Positions 36,227-44,832 of a stretch of DNA of 64,000 nucleotides are shown piece after piece. Under the pieces are notes generated by a model. The model did no database searches, was not told the DNA's origin, and saw nothing but the letters and a program-made list of their open reading frames with translations. The first letter of the stretch is position 1. Every line of letters begins with the position of its first letter. Made by a program: the position numbers and the translations under genes. The DNA is from a virus, in the IMG/VR virus record IMGVR_UViG_3300032053_000013, positions 58,286-122,285 of that record; one strand, given 5' to 3'.

Positions 36227-36755
36227 CGTCCCCGAGGGGAAGTGGGGCGTGGGCCTGGACGCCATCCCGCAGGGCCTGCCGTTCGTCGGCAGGGTCCGGG
36301 CGTACGTCGAGGGGCTGCGGGCCAACATCGAGGCAGGGATGGGCCTCATCCTCTGGGGGCCGTACCGGGGCGGGAAGTCCTGCGTCGCCGCGGCGGCGGT
36401 GGGGGAGGCCATGGCGCACGGGCTCGAGCCCTACTGGATCGACGCGTTCGACGTGGCCGACGCCTCGATCAGCCGGTCGTGCTGGCGCAGGGACAACATG
36501 CGCGGAGCCCCGCTCCTCGTCCTCGACGACCTGGGGATGGAGTCGCAGGACGAGAGGAGGGGGGAGTTCCCGAGGGAGAAGATCAGGGCCCTGCTGAAGT
36601 ACCGGCTGGAGCGGCTGAGGCCCGTGGTCATCACGACGAACATGAGCCTGGCCGAGGTCAGGAAGGTCTACGGCGACAAGACGTGGGCGCTCCTCCAGGA
36701 GTACACGGACGACGTCCTCGTGAAGGGGGCCGAGGACCACTGGAGGCGGAAGTGA
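36198..36755 (+). CDS. dnaC: DnaC/IstB-like helicase loader ATPase
   Basis: GPYRGGKS, LLVLDDLG, R......VITTN; start uncertain. Confidence 0.82.
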   Translation: MSPADWQASNVPEGKWGVGLDAIPQGLPFVGRVRAYVEGLRANIEAGMGLILWGPYRGGKSCVAAAAVGEAMAHGLEPYWIDAFDVADASISRSCWRRDNMRGAPLLVLDDLGMESQDERRGEFPREKIRALLKYRLERLRPVVITTNMSLAEVRKVYGDKTWALLQEYTDDVLVKGAEDHWRRK

Positions 36756-37012
36756 TGGGCAAGTCAACGCTGGACGCGAGGCAGGCGACGACGGACGAGG
36801 TCAGCGTGAGCGGACTCGTGGCGGGGGACGGGGGGAAGATCCTGAGCGAGTGGATGGTGGAGGTCGAGGCGAAGGTCGACGCCATCCTTGAGGCGATCGG
36901 GCTGAACCACCAGAGGGGGCCGGACGGGAAGTGCGTGGAGGGATGCTGGTCCTGCCGGGTCATCGAGACGATGGACGGGATCAGGGTCTCCAGGAGGATA
37001 CAGGGCAGGTGA
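36755..37012 (+). CDS. Hypothetical protein
   Basis: TGATG coupling. Confidence 0.6.
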   Translation: MGKSTLDARQATTDEVSVSGLVAGDGGKILSEWMVEVEAKVDAILEAIGLNHQRGPDGKCVEGCWSCRVIETMDGIRVSRRIQGR

Positions 37013-37040
37013 CGGCCGGAGCGGCCGGTTCGGAGAGGAG

Positions 37041-37421
37041 ATGGCGAGGGGGCCGACGGATGGGGCGCCGTTCGGCCAGAGGTTGCTGCGCCTCCGCAAC
37101 GAGGTGGAGGCGAGGGTCAGGGTCATGTGCCCGCACCCCATCGGTAGCCGGGCGGAGAAGGCCTGGGTGGCCTGGGCCAAGGGGGTGGTGTTCGGGTGCG
37201 TGGTCGCGCAGGGGGGCGACGCTGGCCCGGGGGGCGACCTCGGGACCGAGGTGTGCCTGGAGAAGTTCCGGTCGTCGGGGCCGAAGAGGGGCGGCACGCC
37301 GATATGCAGGGATCCCACGGATTGCCACGGCTCCCGGGGACAGATGGCGGACATGAGGCAGAGGTTCTCGGAGGGAGGGAAATGGCAGGGGAAGGGGCGG
37401 GGACGAGATGGGAAAGGCTGA
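37041..37421 (+). CDS. Hypothetical protein
   Basis: AGGAG RBS; weak. Confidence 0.4.
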   Translation: MARGPTDGAPFGQRLLRLRNEVEARVRVMCPHPIGSRAEKAWVAWAKGVVFGCVVAQGGDAGPGGDLGTEVCLEKFRSSGPKRGGTPICRDPTDCHGSRGQMADMRQRFSEGGKWQGKGRGRDGKG

Positions 37422-37726
37422 AGTCGCTGACCGGGCAGCCCGGGAGCCCGGTCGACGGGGACATGTTCTACAACCAGGTCATGGACGAGATATTCATCTA
37501 CGACCAGGCGGAGTGGGTCGCGATGTACAACGTCGCGTCCTCCGTGGCGGAGGAGTCCGTCAAGAGGAAGGTGAGGGCGCTGGCCGACGCCGTCGACGTG
37601 GCCATGGAGGCGATCGAGATGAGCCACGACAGGGGCGGGGACGGGAAGTGCAGGGCGAGGTGCCCGGGCTGCGCGGTGAGGGAGAGGATCGTGTCCCTGG
37701 CGACCGCGCGAAGGCTGATGGAGTGA
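37382..37726 (+). CDS. Hypothetical protein
   Basis: GGAGGGA RBS, GC3-rich. Confidence 0.6.
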   Translation: MAGEGAGTRWERLKSLTGQPGSPVDGDMFYNQVMDEIFIYDQAEWVAMYNVASSVAEESVKRKVRALADAVDVAMEAIEMSHDRGGDGKCRARCPGCAVRERIVSLATARRLME

Positions 37727-37732
37727 CGGAGG

Positions 37733-40408
37733 ATGGTGGTTAGGAGAACGGGGATGGGCCGCAAAGGAATCAGCGTCTCCCGGCTGTTCTGCCAGGGGGG
37801 CGATCCGTACTCGGGGTTCAAGTGGTCGAGGAGGAGCGTCGGGGTCCCCGACAAGGACGGGAAGACCGTGTCGTCCCAGGAGGGGGTGGAGGCGCCCGAC
37901 TTCTGGAGCGACAACGCGCGTTTCATCCTCGCGGACAAGTACTTCAGGGCGGCGCACGGGTCCGCCCCGAGGGAGACGTCCCTCAGGCAGGTCATCGACC
38001 GGGTGGTCGGCGAGGTGGTCAAGTATGGGGCGGCGAACGGCTACTTCGATAGGGCCAACGGGGAGTTCTTCGGGAACGAGCTCAAGGTGATGATCGCGTC
38101 CCAGAGGTTCTCGTTCAACTCCCCGGTCTACTTCAACGTGGGCTGCGTGGAGAAGCCGCAGTGCAGCGCGTGCTTCATCCTCACCGTGCTCGACGACCTG
38201 GGCAGCATCTCCGGGATCGTTCCGGTCATCGTCCGGCTGTTCTCGCAGGGGTCCGGGTGCGGGTACAACCTGTCCATGCTCCGGGAGTCCGGGGCGCCGC
38301 TGTCGAGGGGGGGAGTGGCGTCCGGGCCGCCGTCCTTCCTCAAGGGGTTCAACGCCTTCGCCGGGATCATCAAGTCTGGCGGGATCCAGCGCAGGGCGGC
38401 CATGCTGGCGCGGCTGGACGACGGGCACCCCGACGTCCTCGCCTTCATCGAGATGAAGAGCGCGGAGGAGAGGAAGGCGCGCGCCCTCGTGAGGAAGGGG
38501 TACTCGGTCGAGGAGGCCTACCAGACCGTCGCCTTCCAGAACGTGAACCTCTCGGTCGGGGTGTCGGACGCCCTGATGCGGGCCGCGATGGAGGGGAGGG
38601 ACTGGGCCCTCAAGTCTGTCCATAGCGGGAAGACCGTGAGGACAGTCAAGGCGATGGACATCCTCGACCTGGTCGCCCACGGGGCGCACTTCTGCGGGGA
38701 CCCGGGCGTCCAGTTCGACGACGCCATGAACCGGGCCAACCCGCTGGCGAAGGTGGGCAGGATCGTGTCCACGAACCCCTGCGCGGAGTTCGCCTGCATA
38801 CCGGAAACGGCCTGCAACCTCGGGAGCCTCAATCTCGCGGCGTTCTACCAGGGAGGGAAGTTCCAGGACGAGGAGTTCAGGCAGGCGGCCAGGGTGGCCG
38901 TCGTGGCGCAGGACATCATCGTCGGGATGAGCGGGTACCCGACGCCGGAGATCGAGAAGAACTCGAACGGATTCCGCCCGCTCGGACTCGGGTTCACCAA
39001 CCTGGGCGGGCTCTTCGTGGCCATGGGGATCCCCTACGACGGGGACCAGGCGCGGTCGATCGCGTCGGCCATCTCGGCGGCGATGACGGCGGAGGCGTAC
39101 CAGACGTCGGTGGACCTCGCCAAGGCGCTCGGCCCGTTCGACGGGTTCGAGAACAACCGGAAGGCGATGCTCGCGGTCCTGAAGACGCACAAGAACCGGG
39201 TCAACTCGTTCGCGGACGCCCACGGGGGGGCGTTCGAGCAGATCGCGGAGGACTGGGAGAGGGTCTGCCAGGAGGCGGCAAAGCACGGGGTCAGGAACTG
39301 CCAGGTCACGCTCGTCCCCCCGGCGGGGACGATCTCGAACATCCTGGACTGCACGACGGCCGGGATCGAGCCCATCCTCTTCAACGTGACCAAGAGGAGG
39401 CTGGACCAGGGCGGCGAGCTGATCGTCCCGTCGTTCGAGGTGGACAGGGGGCTGGAGACCCTCGGGTACACCAAGGACGAGAGGGCGGTGATAACGGAGT
39501 ACATCAAGGCGAACGGGACCCTCACAGGGGTGCCGGTGATAAAGCCGCAGCACCTCCCCGTCTTCGACCCCGTGTACCCCCTCAAGGTGGGGGACAGGAG
39601 GCTGTCGGCCATGGCGCAGATCGCGATGATGGGGGCGGTCCAGCCCTTCATCAGCGGGTCGATCTCGAAGACGATCGGCCTGCCGGAGACGGCCACGGTC
39701 GAGGAGGTCAAGGAGGTGATCGTCCAGGCGTGGAAGATCGGCCTGAAGGCGGTCTCCTTCTACCGCAGCAACTCGAAGATGTCCCAGCCGCTCGTGAACG
39801 CGGTCATGGAGGCGGAGAAGGCGGAGGAGGACGGGGGGCCGCCCAGGAGGAGGATGCCGGAGGAGGCGAAGGCGCACATCCACCGGGTGACGATCGCGCC
39901 GTTCACGCCGTCCGAGACGAAGATCTACATCACGCCGGGGGAGTGGGAGAACGGGGAGATGGGGGAGGCCTTCGTCACCCTCGCGAAGGAGGGTTCGGCC
40001 ATGCGGGGGCTGGTGGACGCCCTCATGACCTCGGTCTCCATCGGGAGGCAGTACGGGGTCCCGCTGGAGATCTACTGCAAGAAGTTCATCGGGACCAAGT
40101 TCGAGCCCTCGGGCAGGACGAGCTCGGCCGCGATCAGGTTCACGACGTCCATCGTGGACTACATCTTCAAGTACCTCGGGTCGAGGTACCTCGGGATGCT
40201 GTTCCGCAACGATGAGCCCGCGGAGGAGACGGGGAAGGACCCAAAGGCTGACGCCCCGGCGGCGAAGGCGGTCGCCAGGCCGGTCAGGCCGACGCAGTAC
40301 AACACCTTCGACTTCTGCGAGTGCGGGGGGACCCTCTACATGAGCGGGAACTGCAAGCGGTGCACGACCAAGGGGTGCAAGAGGAACACGCAGGGGGCGT
40401 GCGGGTAG
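37733..40408 (+). CDS. nrdJ: Class II (B12-dependent) ribonucleotide reductase with fused TSCPD domain
   Basis: FNSP..CSACF, TNPCAEF, CNLGSLN, PAGTIS, QPFISGSISKT; C-terminal Zn ribbon. Confidence 0.93.
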   Translation: MVVRRTGMGRKGISVSRLFCQGGDPYSGFKWSRRSVGVPDKDGKTVSSQEGVEAPDFWSDNARFILADKYFRAAHGSAPRETSLRQVIDRVVGEVVKYGAANGYFDRANGEFFGNELKVMIASQRFSFNSPVYFNVGCVEKPQCSACFILTVLDDLGSISGIVPVIVRLFSQGSGCGYNLSMLRESGAPLSRGGVASGPPSFLKGFNAFAGIIKSGGIQRRAAMLARLDDGHPDVLAFIEMKSAEERKARALVRKGYSVEEAYQTVAFQNVNLSVGVSDALMRAAMEGRDWALKSVHSGKTVRTVKAMDILDLVAHGAHFCGDPGVQFDDAMNRANPLAKVGRIVSTNPCAEFACIPETACNLGSLNLAAFYQGGKFQDEEFRQAARVAVVAQDIIVGMSGYPTPEIEKNSNGFRPLGLGFTNLGGLFVAMGIPYDGDQARSIASAISAAMTAEAYQTSVDLAKALGPFDGFENNRKAMLAVLKTHKNRVNSFADAHGGAFEQIAEDWERVCQEAAKHGVRNCQVTLVPPAGTISNILDCTTAGIEPILFNVTKRRLDQGGELIVPSFEVDRGLETLGYTKDERAVITEYIKANGTLTGVPVIKPQHLPVFDPVYPLKVGDRRLSAMAQIAMMGAVQPFISGSISKTIGLPETATVEEVKEVIVQAWKIGLKAVSFYRSNSKMSQPLVNAVMEAEKAEEDGGPPRRRMPEEAKAHIHRVTIAPFTPSETKIYITPGEWENGEMGEAFVTLAKEGSAMRGLVDALMTSVSIGRQYGVPLEIYCKKFIGTKFEPSGRTSSAAIRFTTSIVDYIFKYLGSRYLGMLFRNDEPAEETGKDPKADAPAAKAVARPVRPTQYNTFDFCECGGTLYMSGNCKRCTTKGCKRNTQGACG

Positions 40409-40409
40409 C

Positions 40410-40437
40410 GTGACGAAAACTGGAACCTGGGTATAAG
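40410..40437 (+). promoter_or_regulatory. Variant promoter GTGACG-N16-TATAAG
   Basis: Same spacing and A-rich spacer as family. Confidence 0.65.
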
Positions 40438-40443
40438 GTGCGT

Positions 40444-41049
40444 ATGAGGAAGAAGACGAGGGTCGCCGTCATGATGGTCGTCCACGGAAAGCCCCTGCCC
40501 CAGGCGGTCGAGGCGGGCACGATCAGGACGACAAAGGGGCAGGCGTTCATCCTCCCTCCCCCGAAGGGGAAGTGCCAGGAGTGCGCGGTCGACCACAGGC
40601 CGGATGAGCCCCACAACAGGGACAGCCTCTACTACCAGATGGCGTTCCGGCAGAAGCACGGGCGATGGCCGACGTGGGCCGACGCGATCGCCCACTGCTC
40701 GGAGGACGGGAAGAAGGCCATCAGGGAACTCCTGGAGGCGCAGGGGGTGTGGTCGGAGCCGGTGGAGAACCTGACGGAGGAGGATAGGACGGCGCGGACG
40801 CTCGGCGGCATGCCCACGCACTCCCAGGGGCCGGACGGCGGGGCGGTGTTCGGGGACGTGATCGAGGTAGAGATCGACCATGGCAAGAAAAGGGCCAAGC
40901 GTGGCGCTCATCCGAAGGATGGGCGAGATGAACCCGGGAAGGCTCGCCGACGACGTGGTGGCGCTGAGGAAAGAGGTAGAGAACCTCAGGGTCGCCCTCG
41001 GGGTGAAGGTGGCCACGTACGTCAGGACCCTCGGGCTCGCGAGGGGTGA
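40444..41049 (+). CDS. Hypothetical protein
   Basis: CQECAVDH..PHNRDSLYYQ..WPTWADAIAHC; 3' end overlaps next ORF. Confidence 0.65.
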   Translation: MRKKTRVAVMMVVHGKPLPQAVEAGTIRTTKGQAFILPPPKGKCQECAVDHRPDEPHNRDSLYYQMAFRQKHGRWPTWADAIAHCSEDGKKAIRELLEAQGVWSEPVENLTEEDRTARTLGGMPTHSQGPDGGAVFGDVIEVEIDHGKKRAKRGAHPKDGRDEPGKARRRRGGAEERGREPQGRPRGEGGHVRQDPRAREG

Positions 41050-41209
41050 TGTCCTGGTGGTCACGCCCCCGAAGGGGGTTTCCATCCCGCCGGAGGCCCT
41101 CGAGCACACGGCGAAGATGCTGCGCGACCGGCTCGGGTGGGACGTCCCGGTGCTGGTAGAGGGGCAGGCGACGGTCGGGAAGGCCGGAGGTACAGATGCC
41201 AAGTCTTGA
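40880..41209 (+). CDS. Hypothetical protein
   Basis: GC3-rich frame. Confidence 0.6.
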   Translation: MARKGPSVALIRRMGEMNPGRLADDVVALRKEVENLRVALGVKVATYVRTLGLARGDVLVVTPPKGVSIPPEALEHTAKMLRDRLGWDVPVLVEGQATVGKAGGTDAKS

Positions 41210-42503
41210 CATGTGCCTGATGGCGCACGTGGTCCACGGGGGCCGGATAGGGGTCGTGGCCGACAGCGGGGTGCTCAGGGAGCACCTCTTCGACGAGGCC
41301 CAGCGGGTGTACGACCACGTGGTCGCCCACTACGCGAAGTACGGCAAGGTCCCGGACGCGGCGACGGTCGAGGGGGACACGAAGGTCGTGGTCCCGCCGC
41401 TATCCGACGTGAAGGAGCCGGTCGGATACTACGTGGACAAGGTGAAGGAGCGGGCCAGGGACAACCTCACCAAGGAGGGGGTCAAGAGCCAGCTCCGGGC
41501 GATGGAGGCCGGGAGGACGCAGGAGGCCATAGACGCAGCCTCGAAGCTCGCGGAGGACGTCACCCGCCTCAACCTCCAGTCGGACCCGGTCGACGACTGG
41601 ACGAAGCGGGCGGACGAGATGGAGGAGGAGTACGCCAAGGCGAAGGCAGCCGGTACCGGGATCCTCGGGGTGGAGACGCCGTGGCCCGGCCTCAACGATC
41701 TGACGCAGGGGGTGGCGGAGGGGGACTTCTGGGTCATGGTGGGAAGGCCCGGGGAGGGGAAGACCTGGTTCCTCGTGAAGATGGCGGTCCACGCGTGGAA
41801 GAGCGGGAAGGTCCCCCTGTTCATCTCGATGGAGATGGGCAAGAAGAAGATCAACCGCAGGATGGTCGCGGTCCACATGAAGCTCAACTACCACGACCTC
41901 CGGCGGGGGAAGCTCGGGATCGGGATCGAGGACGAGTACCACAAGGGGCTGAGGGAGCTGAAGGACTCCGCGAACCCGCTCTACGTCGCGTCGGCCAGGA
42001 ACGTGCGGAGGATCGGGGACATCGCGGTCCTCGTGCGGCTGTTCAAGCCGGACGTCGTCTTCCTCGACGGGCTCTACAAGATCAAGCCCCCGAACATCGG
42101 GGTGTCGAGCTACTGGGAGCGCATCCAGGCGATAGCCAACGACCTCCAGCTCCTCGTTGGGGACATCAATACGCCTATGGTGGCGACGACCCAGCTCCGG
42201 CGCGAGGGAGGGAAGAACATGAAGCGGAAGCGCGGGGCGTCTGTGGACATCGGGCTGGAGGACATCGCGTTCGCGGACGCCATAGGGCAGAACGCCGACG
42301 TGGTGATCGGGCTCGGGTCGACGAAGAGGATGAAGGAGGACCGCGAGGCCGTCCTCATGGTCGTGAAGAACAGGGAGGACGAGCGGGGGGCGTGGTCGGT
42401 GAAGTTCGACCCTTCGTTGGGGGACTTCGAGGAGATAGGGACCTACGAGCCGTCGTCTGGGCCGGACGAGGAGGGCGACGACTCCGGTGTGGAGAAGTAC
42501 TGA
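41196..42503 (+). CDS. dnaB: Replicative DNA helicase (DnaB family)
   Basis: GRPGEGKT, FLDGLY, TQLRR, IGQNADVV, VKNR. Confidence 0.92.
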   Translation: MPSLDMCLMAHVVHGGRIGVVADSGVLREHLFDEAQRVYDHVVAHYAKYGKVPDAATVEGDTKVVVPPLSDVKEPVGYYVDKVKERARDNLTKEGVKSQLRAMEAGRTQEAIDAASKLAEDVTRLNLQSDPVDDWTKRADEMEEEYAKAKAAGTGILGVETPWPGLNDLTQGVAEGDFWVMVGRPGEGKTWFLVKMAVHAWKSGKVPLFISMEMGKKKINRRMVAVHMKLNYHDLRRGKLGIGIEDEYHKGLRELKDSANPLYVASARNVRRIGDIAVLVRLFKPDVVFLDGLYKIKPPNIGVSSYWERIQAIANDLQLLVGDINTPMVATTQLRREGGKNMKRKRGASVDIGLEDIAFADAIGQNADVVIGLGSTKRMKEDREAVLMVVKNREDERGAWSVKFDPSLGDFEEIGTYEPSSGPDEEGDDSGVEKY

Positions 42504-43489
42504 TGAGAGCGGAGGCCGTGGTGAGGCTGGCCGAGCTGCTCGGCGTGAGGGCGGGGCCCCCGAGGGCCACCTACGTGCTGATGGAGTGCCCCCTCGCGCC
42601 GGTGACCCACGCGAAGGGGACGGACAACACGCCGAGCCTGTCCGTGCTCGTCAAGGATGGGGACAGGTCCGGGTGGATATGCCACTCCTGCGGGGCCAAG
42701 GGCACGCTGCCAGGCCTCGTCGTGCAGTGGGCGACCTACTTCGCCAAGGACCCGGGCCCGGCGCTCGACCTGATCGAGAAGGAGGAGAACTCCGTCGAGG
42801 CGATCTGCGGGAGGGTGGACCGGAAGTGGGACGAGAAGTGGAAGGAGCGGGACGCGGCGGCCGTCGCCTCCGTGGACTTCGAGGTGTTCTCCGAGGAGGA
42901 GATCGCGCCGTTCCTGGGTAGGGTGCCGCGCTACATCATAGACCGGGGGTTCGCCCTTCCGACGTGCAAGGCCTGGCAGCTCGGGTACGACAAGGAGTGG
43001 AGGGACCCCGACGGTTTCCCGCGGCCGCGCCTGACGATCCCGGTGCGGAGGAAGGACGGGAAGCTGGTGGGGATGGTGGGCCGGGCCCTGGACGACGAGA
43101 AGAAGGAGAAGTACTGGAACTACTGGAACTTCCACAAGTCGCGCCACCTGTTCGGGCATGACAAGACGGAGCAGGACAAGAAGATCGTGGCGGTCGTCGA
43201 GGGCTACTTCGACGTCATCAGGTGGTGGGAGTACGGGGTCAACGCGGTGGGGGTCATGGGGTCTCACCCGAGCGAGCAGCAGTACGCCCACCTCCTGTGC
43301 TACGAGGACGTCTTCCTCGCGCTCGACAAGGACGACTCCGGGTTCAGGGGGCGGGACGAGATTTCCAAGAGGCTCGTTGGCCGGGTCGGGGTGTACGACA
43401 CCGAGTTCCCCGGGGGGAAGACGGACCCGAAGCAGCTGACCAGGGAGGAGACCGAGTTCTGCCTACTGCACGCGAGGAAAATGATGTGA
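42503..43489 (+). CDS. dnaG: DNA primase (zinc finger plus Toprim)
   Basis: CPL..H..CHSC; IPV..GMVGR; VVEGYFD; ALDKDDSG. Confidence 0.88.
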   Translation: MRAEAVVRLAELLGVRAGPPRATYVLMECPLAPVTHAKGTDNTPSLSVLVKDGDRSGWICHSCGAKGTLPGLVVQWATYFAKDPGPALDLIEKEENSVEAICGRVDRKWDEKWKERDAAAVASVDFEVFSEEEIAPFLGRVPRYIIDRGFALPTCKAWQLGYDKEWRDPDGFPRPRLTIPVRRKDGKLVGMVGRALDDEKKEKYWNYWNFHKSRHLFGHDKTEQDKKIVAVVEGYFDVIRWWEYGVNAVGVMGSHPSEQQYAHLLCYEDVFLALDKDDSGFRGRDEISKRLVGRVGVYDTEFPGGKTDPKQLTREETEFCLLHARKMM

Positions 43490-43495
43490 GGGCGC

Positions 43496-43523
43496 GTGAC
43501 TAACAGCGGAAAACGGGTATAAT
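43496..43523 (+). promoter_or_regulatory. Variant promoter GTGACT-N16-TATAAT
   Basis: Same spacing; upstream of ssb. Confidence 0.7.
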
Positions 43524-43644
43524 AAGGCGAGTGCTGCGGCGCGCGGTCGCCAGGAAGGAGGTGCCCAGGCAGGACGCGTATCGAGTAGGTGCCACGAGGC
43601 ACGGACGAGATGTGAGACGATTGTGGTGAGAGACGAAAAGGAGC

Positions 43645-44466
43645 ATGAGCATGGGTAACGCATGGTTTGACACGGGAAAGGCCGCGGTGGACCGCGCCAA
43701 CCAGAAGTCCGGGACGGGCAAGGTCTCCCAGCGGTTCTACCTCAAGTCCGGCTCCGAGGCGACGATCATCTTCGTCGACGGCGACAACACCACCGAGGAG
43801 CCGATCGGGAACTTCAAGGAGCACACCTACGAGGCCTCCGACGGCAAGTTCCCCAACTTCTGCACCTGCGTCGGGCCCGCGAAGTGCCCGGTGTGCAAGG
43901 AGGGCCTGCGGCCCTACGACGCCTGGCCGATGACCATCGTCCAGCTCCGGCCAGGGTGGACGGGGCGGGACGGCAAGGAGCACAAGTTCGAGCGCAAGCT
44001 CCTGATCGCGAAGAAGGAGGCGATGCAGCGCATCCTCCGCCACGCCGCCCAGCGCAAGGGGCTGGTGGGCACGGTCTGGAACATCTTCCGCACGGGCGAC
44101 CGGGCCTACACCGTCGGCGACGACTGGCAGTTCGTCCAGAAGGTCGGGGGCGATGGCGTCCTCCTCCCCGCGCAGCGGCGCGCCGAGATGGGGAAGCCGT
44201 TCCACGTCTCCGTGATCGGGTCGGACGGCAAGGCGATCGAGATCGACGCCGAGATCCCGCGGGAGAACCTGGAGCCGTTCAACTACCGCGAGCTGCTCAA
44301 GCCCCGGACCTACGAGGAGCTGATGTCCGACGGCATCGACTTCGACGGGACGAAGCGGCGGGCGGCGTCCTGGGCGGACAAGGACAAGGACGGGGCCGGG
44401 GGGAGGGGGCGGAGGGGAGCGGCGCCGAGGTCCTCGGGGGACGCGGGCGAGGAGGTCCCCTACTAA
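43645..44466 (+). CDS. Phage single-stranded DNA-binding protein (gp32-like)
   Basis: FCTC..CPVC Zn site, acidic tail EEVPY, position between primase and polymerase. Confidence 0.75.
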   Translation: MSMGNAWFDTGKAAVDRANQKSGTGKVSQRFYLKSGSEATIIFVDGDNTTEEPIGNFKEHTYEASDGKFPNFCTCVGPAKCPVCKEGLRPYDAWPMTIVQLRPGWTGRDGKEHKFERKLLIAKKEAMQRILRHAAQRKGLVGTVWNIFRTGDRAYTVGDDWQFVQKVGGDGVLLPAQRRAEMGKPFHVSVIGSDGKAIEIDAEIPRENLEPFNYRELLKPRTYEELMSDGIDFDGTKRRAASWADKDKDGAGGRGRRGAAPRSSGDAGEEVPY

Positions 44467-44486
44467 CGGCCGCGTGGTCGGTACCG

Positions 44487-44554
44487 CCGCCGGACGGGGG
44501 CCCTGAAGGCGTTCTTCAGAAGTCCCTACGCACAAACCCCTGTCCGGCGGTTTT
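44487..44554 (+). other. 14-bp stem with internal hairpin and T tract (terminator or processing site)
   Basis: CCGCCGGACGGGGG pairs with CCCCTGTCCGGCGG; CTGAAG/CTTCAG hairpin inside; TTTT follows. Confidence 0.65.
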
Positions 44555-44681
44555 GTCGCCGTAGCTCAAGGCAGAGCCCCGGCCCGAGACCAAGGTGCTC
44601 GTCACCGATGGTTCATCTCCGGCTTGACCGGAGAATTACACGGGCCGGGAGATGGGGGCTCAAGACCCCCCGGCGACTCCA
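44555..44681 (+). ncRNA. tRNA-like RNA 1: full tRNA body, anticodon loop replaced by 54-nt two-hairpin insert
   Basis: GTCGCCG/CGGCGAC acceptor, T-CCA end, GCTC/GAGC D arm, CCCGGCCCG/CGGGCCGGG stem, GGGGG-CTCAAGA-CCCCC T arm. Confidence 0.75.
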
Positions 44682-44684
44682 GAT

Positions 44685-44754
44685 GGGCTGGTAGGCGGGG
44701 TGGAGATAACGGAGGCCGCTCATTCGAGGTATCCCGACTCGAGCCAGCCCACCA
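44685..44754 (+). ncRNA. tRNA-like RNA 2: acceptor stem plus two arms, no recognisable anticodon arm
   Basis: GGGCTGG/CCAGCCC acceptor with A-CCA; GGCGG/CCGCT and TTCGAG/CTCGAG hairpins. Confidence 0.6.
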
Positions 44755-44755
44755 T

Positions 44756-44832
44756 GCGCCCGTAGCTCAGCAGGATAGAGCGCCGGTTTCCTAAACCGGA
44801 GGCCGCGCGTCCGAGTCGCGCCGGGCGTGCCA
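44756..44832 (+). tRNA. tRNA-Arg(CCT)
   Basis: Cloverleaf: GCGCCCG/CGGGCGT, GCTC/GAGC, CCGGT-TTCCTAA-ACCGG, GCGCG-TCCGAGT-CGCGC, G-CCA. Confidence 0.9.

Noticed and set aside
43524-43644. Autoregulatory pseudoknot or leader peptide before ssb
   Set aside because: No convincing pairing found by eye; the 32-codon GTG ORF lacks an RBS.
44555-44681. tmRNA, YrlA-type Y RNA or intron-containing tRNA
   Set aside because: No G3.U70 pair or tag ORF and a D stem is present (not tmRNA); free CCA acceptor end and no Ro60 gene seen (not YrlA); no bulge-helix-bulge and too short for a group I intron.
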